Under the pieces are notes generated by a model. The model worked only from the letters and a program-made list of their open reading frames with translations, had not been told where the DNA came from and did no database searches. Positions 25,595-34,450 of a stretch of DNA of 64,000 nucleotides are shown one piece after another. The position numbers were made by a program, and so were the translations under genes. Every line of letters begins with the position of its first letter. The stretch's first letter is position 1. The DNA is taken from positions 116,679-180,678 of the forward strand of contig JAIYBT010000015.1 of assembly GCA_027488395.1 (NCBI GenBank), in the 5' to 3' direction. Source of the DNA: Methylophilaceae bacterium (GTDB lineage Bacteria; Pseudomonadota; Gammaproteobacteria; Burkholderiales; Methylophilaceae).

Positions 25595-26206
25595 TTAGGT
25601 GAGTGATTGGATGAGTGGGGCGTGGCAGGCAGATTGTCGCGCTAAGGTTAACCGATGCGCGCGTATGATTGCCATTAAGTCTTGCAATGCCACGTCAAAA
25701 ATGTCGTTTATTGTAACATAATCAAAGGCATGCACATGACGCATTTCCTCGCGTGCTGCGGCTAAACGCCTTGCAATCACGGCTTCACTGTCTTGTCCGC
25801 GCTGGTTGAGCCGATGGGACAGCGCCTCCATCGAAGGGGGTAAGATAAAAATCAACGTCGCGCTCGGAAAAATGCGACGAATTTGCTCGGCACCTTGCCA
25901 ATCAATTTCTAAAATCACGTCACGCCCGGCATTCAACGCAGCCTGCACCGCAGTTTGTGAGGTGCCGTAATGTGCGCCATGTACTGCTGCACTTTCTAAA
26001 AAACCACCTTGCGCTTGCACAGCCAAAAACTCCGCTTCTGATACAAAATGGTAATGAATGCCTTCTTCTTCCCCAGGCCGAGGCGCGCGCGTGGTATGCG
26101 AGACCGATAATTTAAGCAATGGATCTTGATCCAACATGGCACGGACCAGGCTGGTTTTTCCCGCACCAGAGGCGGCTGAAATGACAAATAAATGACCGAG
26201 GCTCAT
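25595..26206 (-). CDS. gmk: Guanylate kinase
   Basis: [27 protein letters not shown]; likely start ATG 26206 overlapping the Anbu stop (ATGA). Confidence 0.97.
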   Translation of the reverse strand: MSLGHLFVISAASGAGKTSLVRAMLDQDPLLKLSVSHTTRAPRPGEEEGIHYHFVSEAEFLAVQAQGGFLESAAVHGAHYGTSQTAVQAALNAGRDVILEIDWQGAEQIRRIFPSATLIFILPPSMEALSHRLNQRGQDSEAVIARRLAAAREEMRHVHAFDYVTINDIFDVALQDLMAIIRAHRLTLARQSACHAPLIQSLT

Positions 26207-26940
26207 GGTTGTACCCAATCTGGATTTGGTAATGCTGAAAATACCGATTTTAAGCCTTCGCCCCAACCTTTGCGAATGACCGCGTAATATGGATCTTGAT
26301 CGGTTAAGCGTTTAATCGGCGCAGCGCGCAAACTGTCTTTGGGGTAAATCATTAAATCGATCGGCATGGCCACCGATATATTGCTACGGATGGTCGAATC
26401 AAACGAAATCAACACACATTTAACGGCATCCATCATGTCAGTGTGATATTTCACAACACGGTCGATGATCGGTTTGCCATATTTGGTTTCACCAATTTGT
26501 AAATAAGGCGTATCCGCCGTGGCCTCAATAAAGTTTCCAGCAGCGTATACATTAAAAAGCCGGGGCTTTTCACCTTGAATTTGTCCTGCAACTAATACGC
26601 TCGCATTAAAATCAATGCCATGTTCCTTTAAGGCCTCACCATCGCGCTGAAACACGCTACGCATGGCAGCACCCACCACTGTTGCCGCCTCAAACATTGA
26701 CTGCACATTGAGTAGGTGAGTCGCATGCTCACTATTTTTGAGTTGTTCGCGTAACAAATTCACCACAGATTGCGTGATGGCTAAATTGCCAGCCGTTAGT
26801 AGCACAATCATGCGTTCACCATGATCTTCAAATACATGCATTTTAGGGGCAATCGCGACTTGATCCACCCCAGCGTTGGTGCGCGTATCTGAAGCCAACA
26901 CCAAACCTTGTTCCAGTAAAATGCCAACACAGTACGTCAT
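26203..26940 (-). CDS. Proteasome-type Ntn protease (Anbu family)
   Basis: N-terminal MTYCVG (Thr nucleophile after Met removal), SDTRTNAGVD, QIGETKYGKPIIDR, FDSTIRSNISV. Confidence 0.92.
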   Translation of the reverse strand: MTYCVGILLEQGLVLASDTRTNAGVDQVAIAPKMHVFEDHGERMIVLLTAGNLAITQSVVNLLREQLKNSEHATHLLNVQSMFEAATVVGAAMRSVFQRDGEALKEHGIDFNASVLVAGQIQGEKPRLFNVYAAGNFIEATADTPYLQIGETKYGKPIIDRVVKYHTDMMDAVKCVLISFDSTIRSNISVAMPIDLMIYPKDSLRAAPIKRLTDQDPYYAVIRKGWGEGLKSVFSALPNPDWVQP

Positions 26941-26970
26941 AACATTGTGACCGTTGTTCGATAAACCATG

Positions 26971-26979
26971 ATCATAACA
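26971..26979 (-). promoter_or_regulatory. Possible extended -10 promoter for Anbu-gmk-rpoZ-spoT
   Basis: TGtTATGAT on the minus strand about 30 nt upstream of the Anbu ATG; no good -35. Confidence 0.4.
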
Positions 26980-27244
26980 TGGGCGCTTACCGACGACGAT
27001 GGTGCGCTTTTGTACGCATACATTGCCGTGTTGTTAGCTATGGGGGTATGAATGTAGGGGAACTGTGCTTAATATCAAGCAATGGTTCCGCATGCGTGCA
27101 GTCGATACAATCGTTGTTAAGACAATCAATTTACAAGAGCGCCTAAGATTACATCAGGCTGATAGCCTTGACTGCTTTGCCTGTGCGGGGCGCATGAAAA
27201 AAACTAAACCACCCAGCAATGCTTAGCGCAACATAGACGCTAGC

Positions 27245-27277
27245 AAAAATTCCAACGGCTTAACGATAATTGGAATT
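27245..27277 (-). terminator. Possible weak terminator after the alpha-E gene
   Basis: AATTCCAA-14 nt-TTGGAATT stem ending in a short U-run on the minus strand. Confidence 0.35.
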
Positions 27278-27295
27278 GTCACAACATCAGGTCAT

Positions 27296-28240
27296 TTATA
27301 CCGTAGCGTTTAAGAAGCTACGTTGGATCTCATCGCCTAAACGACGGTTAGCCAAAATAAAATCATCTAAAAAGGTGTGTAAGCCGTCTTTTAAAATATC
27401 CAGCATACGGCCGTAGTGCAGTGTTGCATGCGTCTGCCCAGCCAACCGTTCAGCTTCGGTTTGGCGTGCCCCTGCGACTTGTCGCAAAATCGGCATGATC
27501 TCTGCATAGCAAGCATGCAATGAGCGCGGCATATCTTGTCTAAGTACCAATAGCTCAGAGACTTTCACCGGGTCTATCGCATCGCTGTAGACTTTTTGGT
27601 AGGCCTGAAACGCAGACACCGAACGCAGGACTGCACTCCATTCGTAGTAATCCACGGCGCCATCGTTGGCTGCTTGCTGAGGTATCAATACCTCATATTT
27701 CACATCGAGTAAGCGCGCGGTATTGTCAGCACGCTCCATAAAGGTTCCTAAGCGTACAAAGTTAAATGCATCATCGCGTAGCATGGTGCCAAAACATACG
27801 CCTCGGAATAAATGGGAGCGGCTTTTTACCCATTCGCAAAACTCACCCAAGCCAGATTGGGTTAAATCTTGTTTAATATACTGGCCAAACTCGAGCCAGA
27901 GGGTGTTCATGTTTTCCCAAGTTTCGACCGTCATGGCGACCCGCACGGCCCGCGCGTTTTCACGGGCACTGCGCAAAGTGCTGTAGATGCTCGAAGGATT
28001 GTGGCTATCCATGACCAAATGTTTAATCACATTGGTCGCATTAATGGTTGGATACGTGCTGTCAAAAATGTGTCGGATGCCCGCAATTTCTAATACCGCA
28101 TTCCACAAATCATGCTCGTTGCTGCTGTCACTGGGCAATAGTGACATGTTGTAGGTCACATCCAATACCCGTGCCACATTCTCTGCACGCTCTATATAGC
28201 GTGCCATCCAATATAAATTATCTGCAGTGCGGCTTAACAT
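27296..28240 (-). CDS. Alpha-E domain protein (DUF403 family)
   Basis: MLSRTADNLYWMARYIERAEN, ARENARAVR, second ER motif GTFMERADNTARLLDVK, PRSL. Confidence 0.93.
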   Translation of the reverse strand: MLSRTADNLYWMARYIERAENVARVLDVTYNMSLLPSDSSNEHDLWNAVLEIAGIRHIFDSTYPTINATNVIKHLVMDSHNPSSIYSTLRSARENARAVRVAMTVETWENMNTLWLEFGQYIKQDLTQSGLGEFCEWVKSRSHLFRGVCFGTMLRDDAFNFVRLGTFMERADNTARLLDVKYEVLIPQQAANDGAVDYYEWSAVLRSVSAFQAYQKVYSDAIDPVKVSELLVLRQDMPRSLHACYAEIMPILRQVAGARQTEAERLAGQTHATLHYGRMLDILKDGLHTFLDDFILANRRLGDEIQRSFLNATV

Positions 28241-29724
28241 ACCACCTCTTTATTGATGAACTGACTGGCATCTTGATGTTGTGACGCAGTTTGACCGATA
28301 TCATCCCGCTCAAGTACCCAAGTATCTTTGGTACCGCCACCTTGAGATGAATTCACCACCAATGAGCCCTCTTTTAAAGCGACCCGTGATAAACCACCTG
28401 GGACCACGCTAACCGATTTGCCTGATAACACAAATGGACGCAGATCCACATGGCGAGGCGCAATCCCTTGATCGACCAAAGTGGGGCAAGTCGATAATGC
28501 AAGGGTAGGTTGCGCAATGTAGTTGTCTGGTTTAGACACAATTCTGAGTCGAAACTCTTCGATTTCCTGATGGCTGGCGGTTGGCCCAACTAACATGCCA
28601 TAACCGCCAGAGCCTTGTACTTCTTTCACCACCAACTCCGCTAAATGTGCAAGCACATAAGCCAAATCATCGGCTTTGCTGAGTTGATACGTGGGCACGT
28701 TTTGCAGGATAGGCGTTTCACCTAGGTAGAACTTAATCATCTCCGGCACGTAAATATACGTTGCCTTGTCATCGGCAACGCCGGTGCCTACGGCGTTGGC
28801 CAATGTGACGCCACCGTTGCGGTAGACGGAGAGTAGACCCGGTACGCCCAACATGGAATCAGGCTTGAACACCAGTGGGTCTAGGTAGTCGTCGTCAATG
28901 CGGCGGTAAATCACGTCGACCCGTTTAGGGCCTTGCGTGGTACGCATATAGACGGCGTTATTGCGGACAAACAAATCTTGGCCTTCGACTAATTCAATGC
29001 CCATTTGTTGGGCTAAAAAGGCGTGTTCAAAATAAGCGCTGTTATACGCACCAGGTGACATCAGCACCACGGTTGGATCAGTAATTCCAGTTTGCGCTAC
29101 CGAGCGTAAGTTGTTGAGTAACACCTGTGGATAATGCTCGACCGGTGCAATGGGGTACTGACGGAATAAATCTGGAAATAACCGCATCATCATTTTGCGG
29201 TCTTCCAACATATACGACACGCCAGAAGGGGTACGCAGATTATCTTCTAATACGTAAAACTGCGATTCGCTGGTGCGCACCAAATCAATACCCGCCACAT
29301 GCGCATATACCTTGTTTGGCACATCGACCCCGACCATTTCAGGACGGTATTGACTATTGGTTAAGATGTTTTGTGGGACGATACCCGCTTTGATAATTTC
29401 TTGGTCATGATAAATATCATGTAAAAAAAGATTGAGCGCACGCACGCGTTGCACCGCGCCTGTGGATAGATGCGCCCATTCGCTGGCAGAAATCATGCGT
29501 GGAATCACATCAAACGGAATCAAGCGCTCAGCGCCATCTTCCTCACCATATACGTTAAAGGTAATGCCTACGCGGCGAAACAACACTTCTGCTTCCGCGC
29601 GTTTTGCCACCAGTTGTTGGGTGGGTACATTGGCTAACCAACGTTGATAGGCTTGATAGATCGCACGGACGTTGCCGCCATAGGCTTGCATCTCATCAAA
29701 AAACTGTTTGGCCGACTGCGTCAT
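28234..29724 (-). CDS. Circularly permuted type 2 ATP-grasp protein
   Basis: GITFNVYG, LEDNLRTPSGVSY, NSAYFEHAFLA, DVIYRRIDDDYLDP, VVNSSQGGGTKDTWV. Confidence 0.93.
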   Translation of the reverse strand: MTQSAKQFFDEMQAYGGNVRAIYQAYQRWLANVPTQQLVAKRAEAEVLFRRVGITFNVYGEEDGAERLIPFDVIPRMISASEWAHLSTGAVQRVRALNLFLHDIYHDQEIIKAGIVPQNILTNSQYRPEMVGVDVPNKVYAHVAGIDLVRTSESQFYVLEDNLRTPSGVSYMLEDRKMMMRLFPDLFRQYPIAPVEHYPQVLLNNLRSVAQTGITDPTVVLMSPGAYNSAYFEHAFLAQQMGIELVEGQDLFVRNNAVYMRTTQGPKRVDVIYRRIDDDYLDPLVFKPDSMLGVPGLLSVYRNGGVTLANAVGTGVADDKATYIYVPEMIKFYLGETPILQNVPTYQLSKADDLAYVLAHLAELVVKEVQGSGGYGMLVGPTASHQEIEEFRLRIVSKPDNYIAQPTLALSTCPTLVDQGIAPRHVDLRPFVLSGKSVSVVPGGLSRVALKEGSLVVNSSQGGGTKDTWVLERDDIGQTASQHQDASQFINKEVVC

Positions 29725-29768
29725 CTTGCGAGACCTTTGCTCTACTCAATAGAATTTAGATTATATTG

Positions 29769-29784
29769 AGCAAACGCTGTGCCA
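29769..29784 (-). promoter_or_regulatory. Sigma54 (-24/-12) promoter of the ATP-grasp/alpha-E unit
   Basis: Minus strand TGGCAC-AGCGT-TTGCT, exact match to TGGCAC-N5-TTGCW. Confidence 0.88.
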
Positions 29785-29802
29785 AGCCATTTTTTATTTT
29801 TA

Positions 29803-29815
29803 AATCAGCGGTTTA
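29803..29815 (+). promoter_or_regulatory. IHF binding site
   Basis: AATCAGCGGTTTA fits WATCARNNNNTTR, preceded by an A/T tract; lies between promoter and enhancers. Confidence 0.65.
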
Positions 29816-29845
29816 TTTAAAAATCGATAAATATCATTGAAAAAA

Positions 29846-29886
29846 CGCACCTATTTGGTGCGTTTGAGAATCACGGTTTTGGTGCA
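29846..29886. promoter_or_regulatory. Two NtrC-type enhancer sites
   Basis: CGCACC-TATTT-GGTGCG (29846-29862, perfect palindrome) and minus-strand TGCACCAAAACCGTGAT (29870-29886); centres about -96 and -120 from the predicted TSS near 29758. Confidence 0.78.
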
Positions 29887-29946
29887 ATTAAGCATTTGTG
29901 TGCGCTATCCAATCAACAAGCCCACACCATCACATGCAAAACCTGC

Positions 29947-30828
29947 TTATTCTAGGTTTTGAATTTGTTCACGCATTTGCTCAATCAGCACTTTAAGTTG
30001 CATTGAGATTTGTGTGGTTTCAATCGCAACCGATTTTGAGCCTAAGGTGTTGGCTTCTCGGTTCATCTCTTGCATCAAAAAATCAAGCTTTTTACCGACA
30101 CTACCACCTGCCTCAAGGATGCGTGCCACTTCAGTGATGTGTGACTGCAAACGCGCCAGTTCTTCATCCACATCGATACGTTGCGCAAACAAGACGATTT
30201 CCTGACGCACCCGCTCATCATCGGCCAGCATCGCCTCACGTAATTTTGTGATCAGCTTTTCTTGATATTGATGTATCAGCGCGGGCATCAGCGGTTTGAC
30301 TAAAGCCACTTGCTCGCGCACCAGAGATAGTTTTTCCAACATTACCTGTTTGAGCTTTTCACCTTCACGTTGCCGTGCCGCGATGAGTTCTTGGATGGTC
30401 TGTGCCAGACCGACGTTTAAGCAATCGGCCAATTGCGTGAGGTCAAGGCCTTCGCCTTGCACAACCCCAGGTAATTGATAAATATCCACCAAATTCACGG
30501 GCTGTGCTTCTGGGAAATAAGTCGACAATTGTTGAATCGCATCGGCAATTTGCGTGATTACCGCTGTGTTTAAACGCAATGCAGTGCTCGCCACATGATC
30601 TGTTTTTAAACTCAAACGGCATTCAACTTTACCGCGCCCCAATTGCGCTTGTAACTGCTCACGCACCAAGCCTTCAAATTGACGCAAACTATCCTCAATT
30701 TTGACATGCAGTTCGAGATAACGATGATTGACGGCACGACATTCAATCAACAAGGTGCCACTTTCAAAACGGCTCTCGCTGGCAGCAAAGCCAGTCATAC
30801 TTAAAATCGGTCGCGTGGTGCTTGCCAT
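29947..30828 (-). CDS. yicC: YicC/YloC family endoribonuclease
   Basis: SMTGFA, VNHRYLEL, RGKVEC, GKKLDFLMQEMNREANTLGSK, EQMREQIQNLE. Confidence 0.96.
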   Translation of the reverse strand: MASTTRPILSMTGFAASESRFESGTLLIECRAVNHRYLELHVKIEDSLRQFEGLVREQLQAQLGRGKVECRLSLKTDHVASTALRLNTAVITQIADAIQQLSTYFPEAQPVNLVDIYQLPGVVQGEGLDLTQLADCLNVGLAQTIQELIAARQREGEKLKQVMLEKLSLVREQVALVKPLMPALIHQYQEKLITKLREAMLADDERVRQEIVLFAQRIDVDEELARLQSHITEVARILEAGGSVGKKLDFLMQEMNREANTLGSKSVAIETTQISMQLKVLIEQMREQIQNLE

Positions 30829-30931
30829 GATGGGTCTCGTGCTAAGAAGGGGGTGATTGTATCAAATGCCCTAGGGTTATGCGAAAATAGACAAATTGCG
30901 TGCGCGCGTCTTGCCCTGTGGCCCAAAGGTT

Positions 30932-31861
30932 GTGAAGGTATCCCATAAAACGCAGTTTGCTTTGCCAGTTGGCACCGTCTTACACGAATACACGATTACC
31001 CGCTTATTGAGTTTGGGCGGCTTTAGTTTCGTCTATTTAGCTAAAGACGCGCAAAAGCGCACCGTCGCCATTAAAGAGTATATGCCCGTGAGCTTGGCCG
31101 AGCGCCATGGGAGCCAAGTGACGCCCAATGGCAAAAACGACACAGCCTTTAAGCATGGGATGAAGTGTTTTTTTGAAGAAGGCTTGGCACTGGCCAATAT
31201 TGAACACAAAAACATTGTGCGGGTACAAAACTTTTTTAGAGCGCACAGCACCGTGTACATGGTGATGAAGTACGAGCGCGGTAAATCGCTACAAGATTAC
31301 ATCATGGCCGTGCAACAGCCTATCCCTGAAGCGTTTTTATTGCGTATGTTTGCAGAGTTGCTCAATGGCTTGCGCGAAGTGCATTTGCGCAAAGTGCTGC
31401 ATTTAGACATCAAGCCTGCCAATATTTATATTCGGTTGGATGGCTCACCGGTGTTGTTAGATTTTGGGTCTGCGCGCCAAGCGTTGTCAGAGGCGACGCT
31501 TGCACCTACCTTCACCCCCGGGTTTGCCTCGCCAGAGCAATATTATGACCGTAAGCATTTGGGGCCTTGGAGTGATATTTACAGTATCGGCGCTAGTTTA
31601 TACGCTTGTTTACATCGCACATCCCCGCAACCAGCCAATGCGCGTATGCAACAAGATAGTTTGCAGCCAGCAAGTCAGCTCGGTAAACATATTTATTCTG
31701 AAAAATTGCTTGCGATTATTGATGAGTGTATGCAGCTTGATTATTTGCAGCGCCCCCAAAGTGTATTTTCATTACAAAAGAAAATCATCGATATCGCTAA
31801 CACGGCCGCCCCAACCACAGTGGCCGATAAACTGTTTCAACTGCTCACAAAACCATTATGA
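30932..31861 (+). CDS. Hanks-type Ser/Thr protein kinase, cytoplasmic
   Basis: SLGGFSFVY, AIKEY, HLDIKPAN, DFG, PEQ, SDIYSIG; no TM segment; likely GTG start 30932 (track 30896). Confidence 0.93.
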   Translation: MKVSHKTQFALPVGTVLHEYTITRLLSLGGFSFVYLAKDAQKRTVAIKEYMPVSLAERHGSQVTPNGKNDTAFKHGMKCFFEEGLALANIEHKNIVRVQNFFRAHSTVYMVMKYERGKSLQDYIMAVQQPIPEAFLLRMFAELLNGLREVHLRKVLHLDIKPANIYIRLDGSPVLLDFGSARQALSEATLAPTFTPGFASPEQYYDRKHLGPWSDIYSIGASLYACLHRTSPQPANARMQQDSLQPASQLGKHIYSEKLLAIIDECMQLDYLQRPQSVFSLQKKIIDIANTAAPTTVADKLFQLLTKPL

Positions 31862-32775
31862 AATTTTCCATTGCACAGGGCAGTCGTCAGGGGCCGCGGA
31901 CTTATAACCAAGACCGCTTGGCCTATACTTATAATCGTCAAGCCATTTTGATGGTCTTAGCGGATGGCATGGGCGGCCATTTGCATGGCGAGGTGGCCGC
32001 CGACATTGTCGTGAAAGGCATGATTGAAGCGTTTCATCGTGAGGCAACGCCGCTGATTGGTCATCCTGCACAGTTCTTGCGCACCCACATACAACAACTG
32101 CACACCGTCATTGAGCGTGTAAAGCAACAAAAAAATCTCCATGAATCGCCACGCACGACAGTGGTAGTGACCTTAATCCAACATAATCTTTTATTTTGTG
32201 CGCATGTTGGTGATTCTCGTTGCTATGTCTACCGAAACGGCTTGTCTGCTTTTCAAACACAAGATCATTCAGTAGTACAGTCGTTGTTACGCGAAGGCAA
32301 AATTAGCGAGACAGAGCTCAATACGCACCCACATCGCAATAAAATTTATAATTGTGTGGGGGGTGATCACGCGCCCGAAGTGGAGTTATCGGATCCGATT
32401 GCACTGATTGAAGGTGACGTCGTGTTGCTTTGCTCGGACGGGGTGTGGAACGCATTGCCCGAATTAACCATGGCGCAACATACGCTTGCTGCAGACGTCA
32501 GTGATACGGTTCACCGTTTGTTGGACGATGCCGAAGCTGCGAGTTTGCAAGGGGGTGACAATATGAGTACGGTTGCCCTGCAATGGGGGGATCGTCAACA
32601 TGCCCGCTTTACCATCTCGACCTTGGATCTACCCATTGACGGTAACACGACCATGATTAATCAAGTGAAGCTCAATGCGGATACCCCCGCCCTCGATTTA
32701 ACCGACGCTGAAATAGAACGTGCGATTGCCGAAATCCACGAAGCCCTAGGCAAAACCAGACAGATACTTAAATAA
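31858..32775 (+). CDS. PP2C/PPM-family Ser/Thr phosphatase
   Basis: [35 protein letters not shown]; ATGA overlap with kinase. Confidence 0.95.
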   Translation: MKFSIAQGSRQGPRTYNQDRLAYTYNRQAILMVLADGMGGHLHGEVAADIVVKGMIEAFHREATPLIGHPAQFLRTHIQQLHTVIERVKQQKNLHESPRTTVVVTLIQHNLLFCAHVGDSRCYVYRNGLSAFQTQDHSVVQSLLREGKISETELNTHPHRNKIYNCVGGDHAPEVELSDPIALIEGDVVLLCSDGVWNALPELTMAQHTLAADVSDTVHRLLDDAEAASLQGGDNMSTVALQWGDRQHARFTISTLDLPIDGNTTMINQVKLNADTPALDLTDAEIERAIAEIHEALGKTRQILK

Positions 32776-32788
32776 AAGGATATCAACC

Positions 32789-33505
32789 ATGCAAAGACCC
32801 AGCCAGCGCGCCGTAGACCAATGCCGCCCCATTACCCTGACACGCCACTACACCAAACATGCAGAAGGGTCGGTGCTGGTGCAATTTGGCGACACCCAGG
32901 TGATTTGCACTGCCAGTGTCGAGGAAAAAGTCCCCGGCTTTTTGAAAGGCAAAGGCCAAGGTTGGGTGACAGCCGAATACGGCATGTTGCCCCGCTCAAC
33001 TGGTAGCCGCATGGACCGTGAGGCGGCCAAGGGTAAACAAAGCGGCCGCACTCAAGAAATTCAACGCTTGATAGGCCGTAGTTTACGCGCAGTGATCGAC
33101 CTTGAAAAACTAGGTGAGCGCACCATCCATTTTGATTGTGACGTGATTCAAGCCGATGGCGGCACCCGCACAGCCAGTATCACCGGTGCTTATGTTGCCA
33201 TGTGTGATGCGGTGAATACCTTATTAAGTAAAGGTCTCATCACGGCCTCACCCATCACCGATTCTGTGGCTGCGGTATCGGTCGGCGTGTATCAAGGCGT
33301 GGCGGTGCTCGATTTAGATTACCTGGAAGATTCAGCCTGCGACACCGACATGAATGTGGTGATGACTGGCCGTGGTGGCTTTGTTGAAATTCAAGGCACG
33401 GCCGAAGGTGCGGCCTTTGATCGCAACACCATGCTGACCATGCTCGATTTGGCGGCCAAAGGCATTTCAGAAATCACGCAGTTACAATTGCGTAGCTTGG
33501 CTTAA
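32789..33505 (+). CDS. rph: Ribonuclease PH
   Basis: [42 protein letters not shown]. Confidence 0.98.
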   Translation: MQRPSQRAVDQCRPITLTRHYTKHAEGSVLVQFGDTQVICTASVEEKVPGFLKGKGQGWVTAEYGMLPRSTGSRMDREAAKGKQSGRTQEIQRLIGRSLRAVIDLEKLGERTIHFDCDVIQADGGTRTASITGAYVAMCDAVNTLLSKGLITASPITDSVAAVSVGVYQGVAVLDLDYLEDSACDTDMNVVMTGRGGFVEIQGTAEGAAFDRNTMLTMLDLAAKGISEITQLQLRSLA

Positions 33506-33511
33506 CACACT

Positions 33512-34135
33512 ATGGCACTGCCTTTCTCACAGTTAGTGTTGGCGTCAAACAATGCGGGTAAATTGCGCGAATTTGCGCATTTATTGGCGCCACTGCAGAT
33601 TGAAATCCTCGCGCAAAGCACGCTGCATGTGCCGGCTTGCCCCGAACCGCACTGTACCTTTATTGAAAACGCGCTGGCAAAAGCACGCCATGCCAGTGCA
33701 CACACAGGCTTACCTGCCTTGGCAGATGACTCTGGCTTGTGCGTAGCGGCATTGGGCGGTGCGCCTGGCGTGCTGTCTGCACGCTATGCCGGGCCAACAC
33801 CGCCCAACAGTGGGCTGAGTCAAGATGAACGCAATAATGATTTATTGCTCGAAAACATGCGTGGTATTGGGCAACGGCGTGCACATTTTTATACGGTGCT
33901 GGTGTTGGTGCGTCACGCACAAGATCCACAACCATTGATTGCAGAGGGGTGCTGGCACGGTGAAATATTGGGTGAATATCGCGGCAATGATGGTTTTGGC
34001 TATGACCCTTTATTTATGGATGCGATGACGGGCAAAACGGTGGCCGAGTTAGCGATAGACATCAAAAACCGCATCAGTCATCGCGGGCAAGCCATGGCAA
34101 AATTGCTGCAACAGCTAGAAAGATTAAGCACATGA
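33512..34135 (+). CDS. rdgB: dITP/XTP pyrophosphatase RdgB
   Basis: LASNNAGKLRE, ENALAKAR, LADDSGL, FGYDPLF, SHRGQA. Confidence 0.97.
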   Translation: MALPFSQLVLASNNAGKLREFAHLLAPLQIEILAQSTLHVPACPEPHCTFIENALAKARHASAHTGLPALADDSGLCVAALGGAPGVLSARYAGPTPPNSGLSQDERNNDLLLENMRGIGQRRAHFYTVLVLVRHAQDPQPLIAEGCWHGEILGEYRGNDGFGYDPLFMDAMTGKTVAELAIDIKNRISHRGQAMAKLLQQLERLST

Positions 34136-34347
34136 GTAACGAATGGCCAAAGTGGCTGCGGGATGATGGATCGGTGGTGGCTTGTACCGAAAAAGTCAAA
34201 GTCATGACCGAAAATTTTGATGAACTGAAACAAATGGCCCAAGACGCCTTTGAAGATGGCTTATTGATGGAAGTCAGCGAGCAACAAATGCGCGACGCCT
34301 TACATGCCTTGGTTGATCAGTTAGTGAATCCTTATTTCAAAGTGTAA
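34132..34347 (+). CDS. Small conserved-looking hypothetical protein (71 aa)
   Basis: ATGA overlap with rdgB; W-x-x-x-DG-x-x-V-x-C-x-EK-x-KV...AQDAFED...NPY pattern resembles a small uncharacterised proteobacterial family (recalled, not searched). Confidence 0.8.
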   Translation: MSNEWPKWLRDDGSVVACTEKVKVMTENFDELKQMAQDAFEDGLLMEVSEQQMRDALHALVDQLVNPYFKV

Positions 34348-34383
34348 TCTGCCACCCTTATGCGTTGACTTGCCGCGATTAAC

Positions 34384-34417
34384 TTGGCGCGTTCAAGTTG
34401 GCGCGTTCAAGTTGGCG
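34384..34417 (+). repeat. 14-bp tandem duplication upstream of recQ
   Basis: TTGGCGCGTTCAAG x2 plus TTGGCG. Confidence 0.9.
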
Positions 34418-34450
34418 TAAAGCACCTTAGGTGCGAATAGTGAGTGCGCC

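Noticed and set aside
26968-27051. 27-aa hydrophobic ORF (MIITWALTDDDGALLYAYIAVLLAMGV) on the + strand
   Set aside because: Starts 28 nt from the divergent Anbu start, overlaps its putative promoter and has no RBS; probably chance.
34422-34434. GCACC-TTA-GGTGC as a possible NtrC site before recQ
   Set aside because: Spacer is 3 nt rather than 5, and no sigma54 -24/-12 element was seen nearby.
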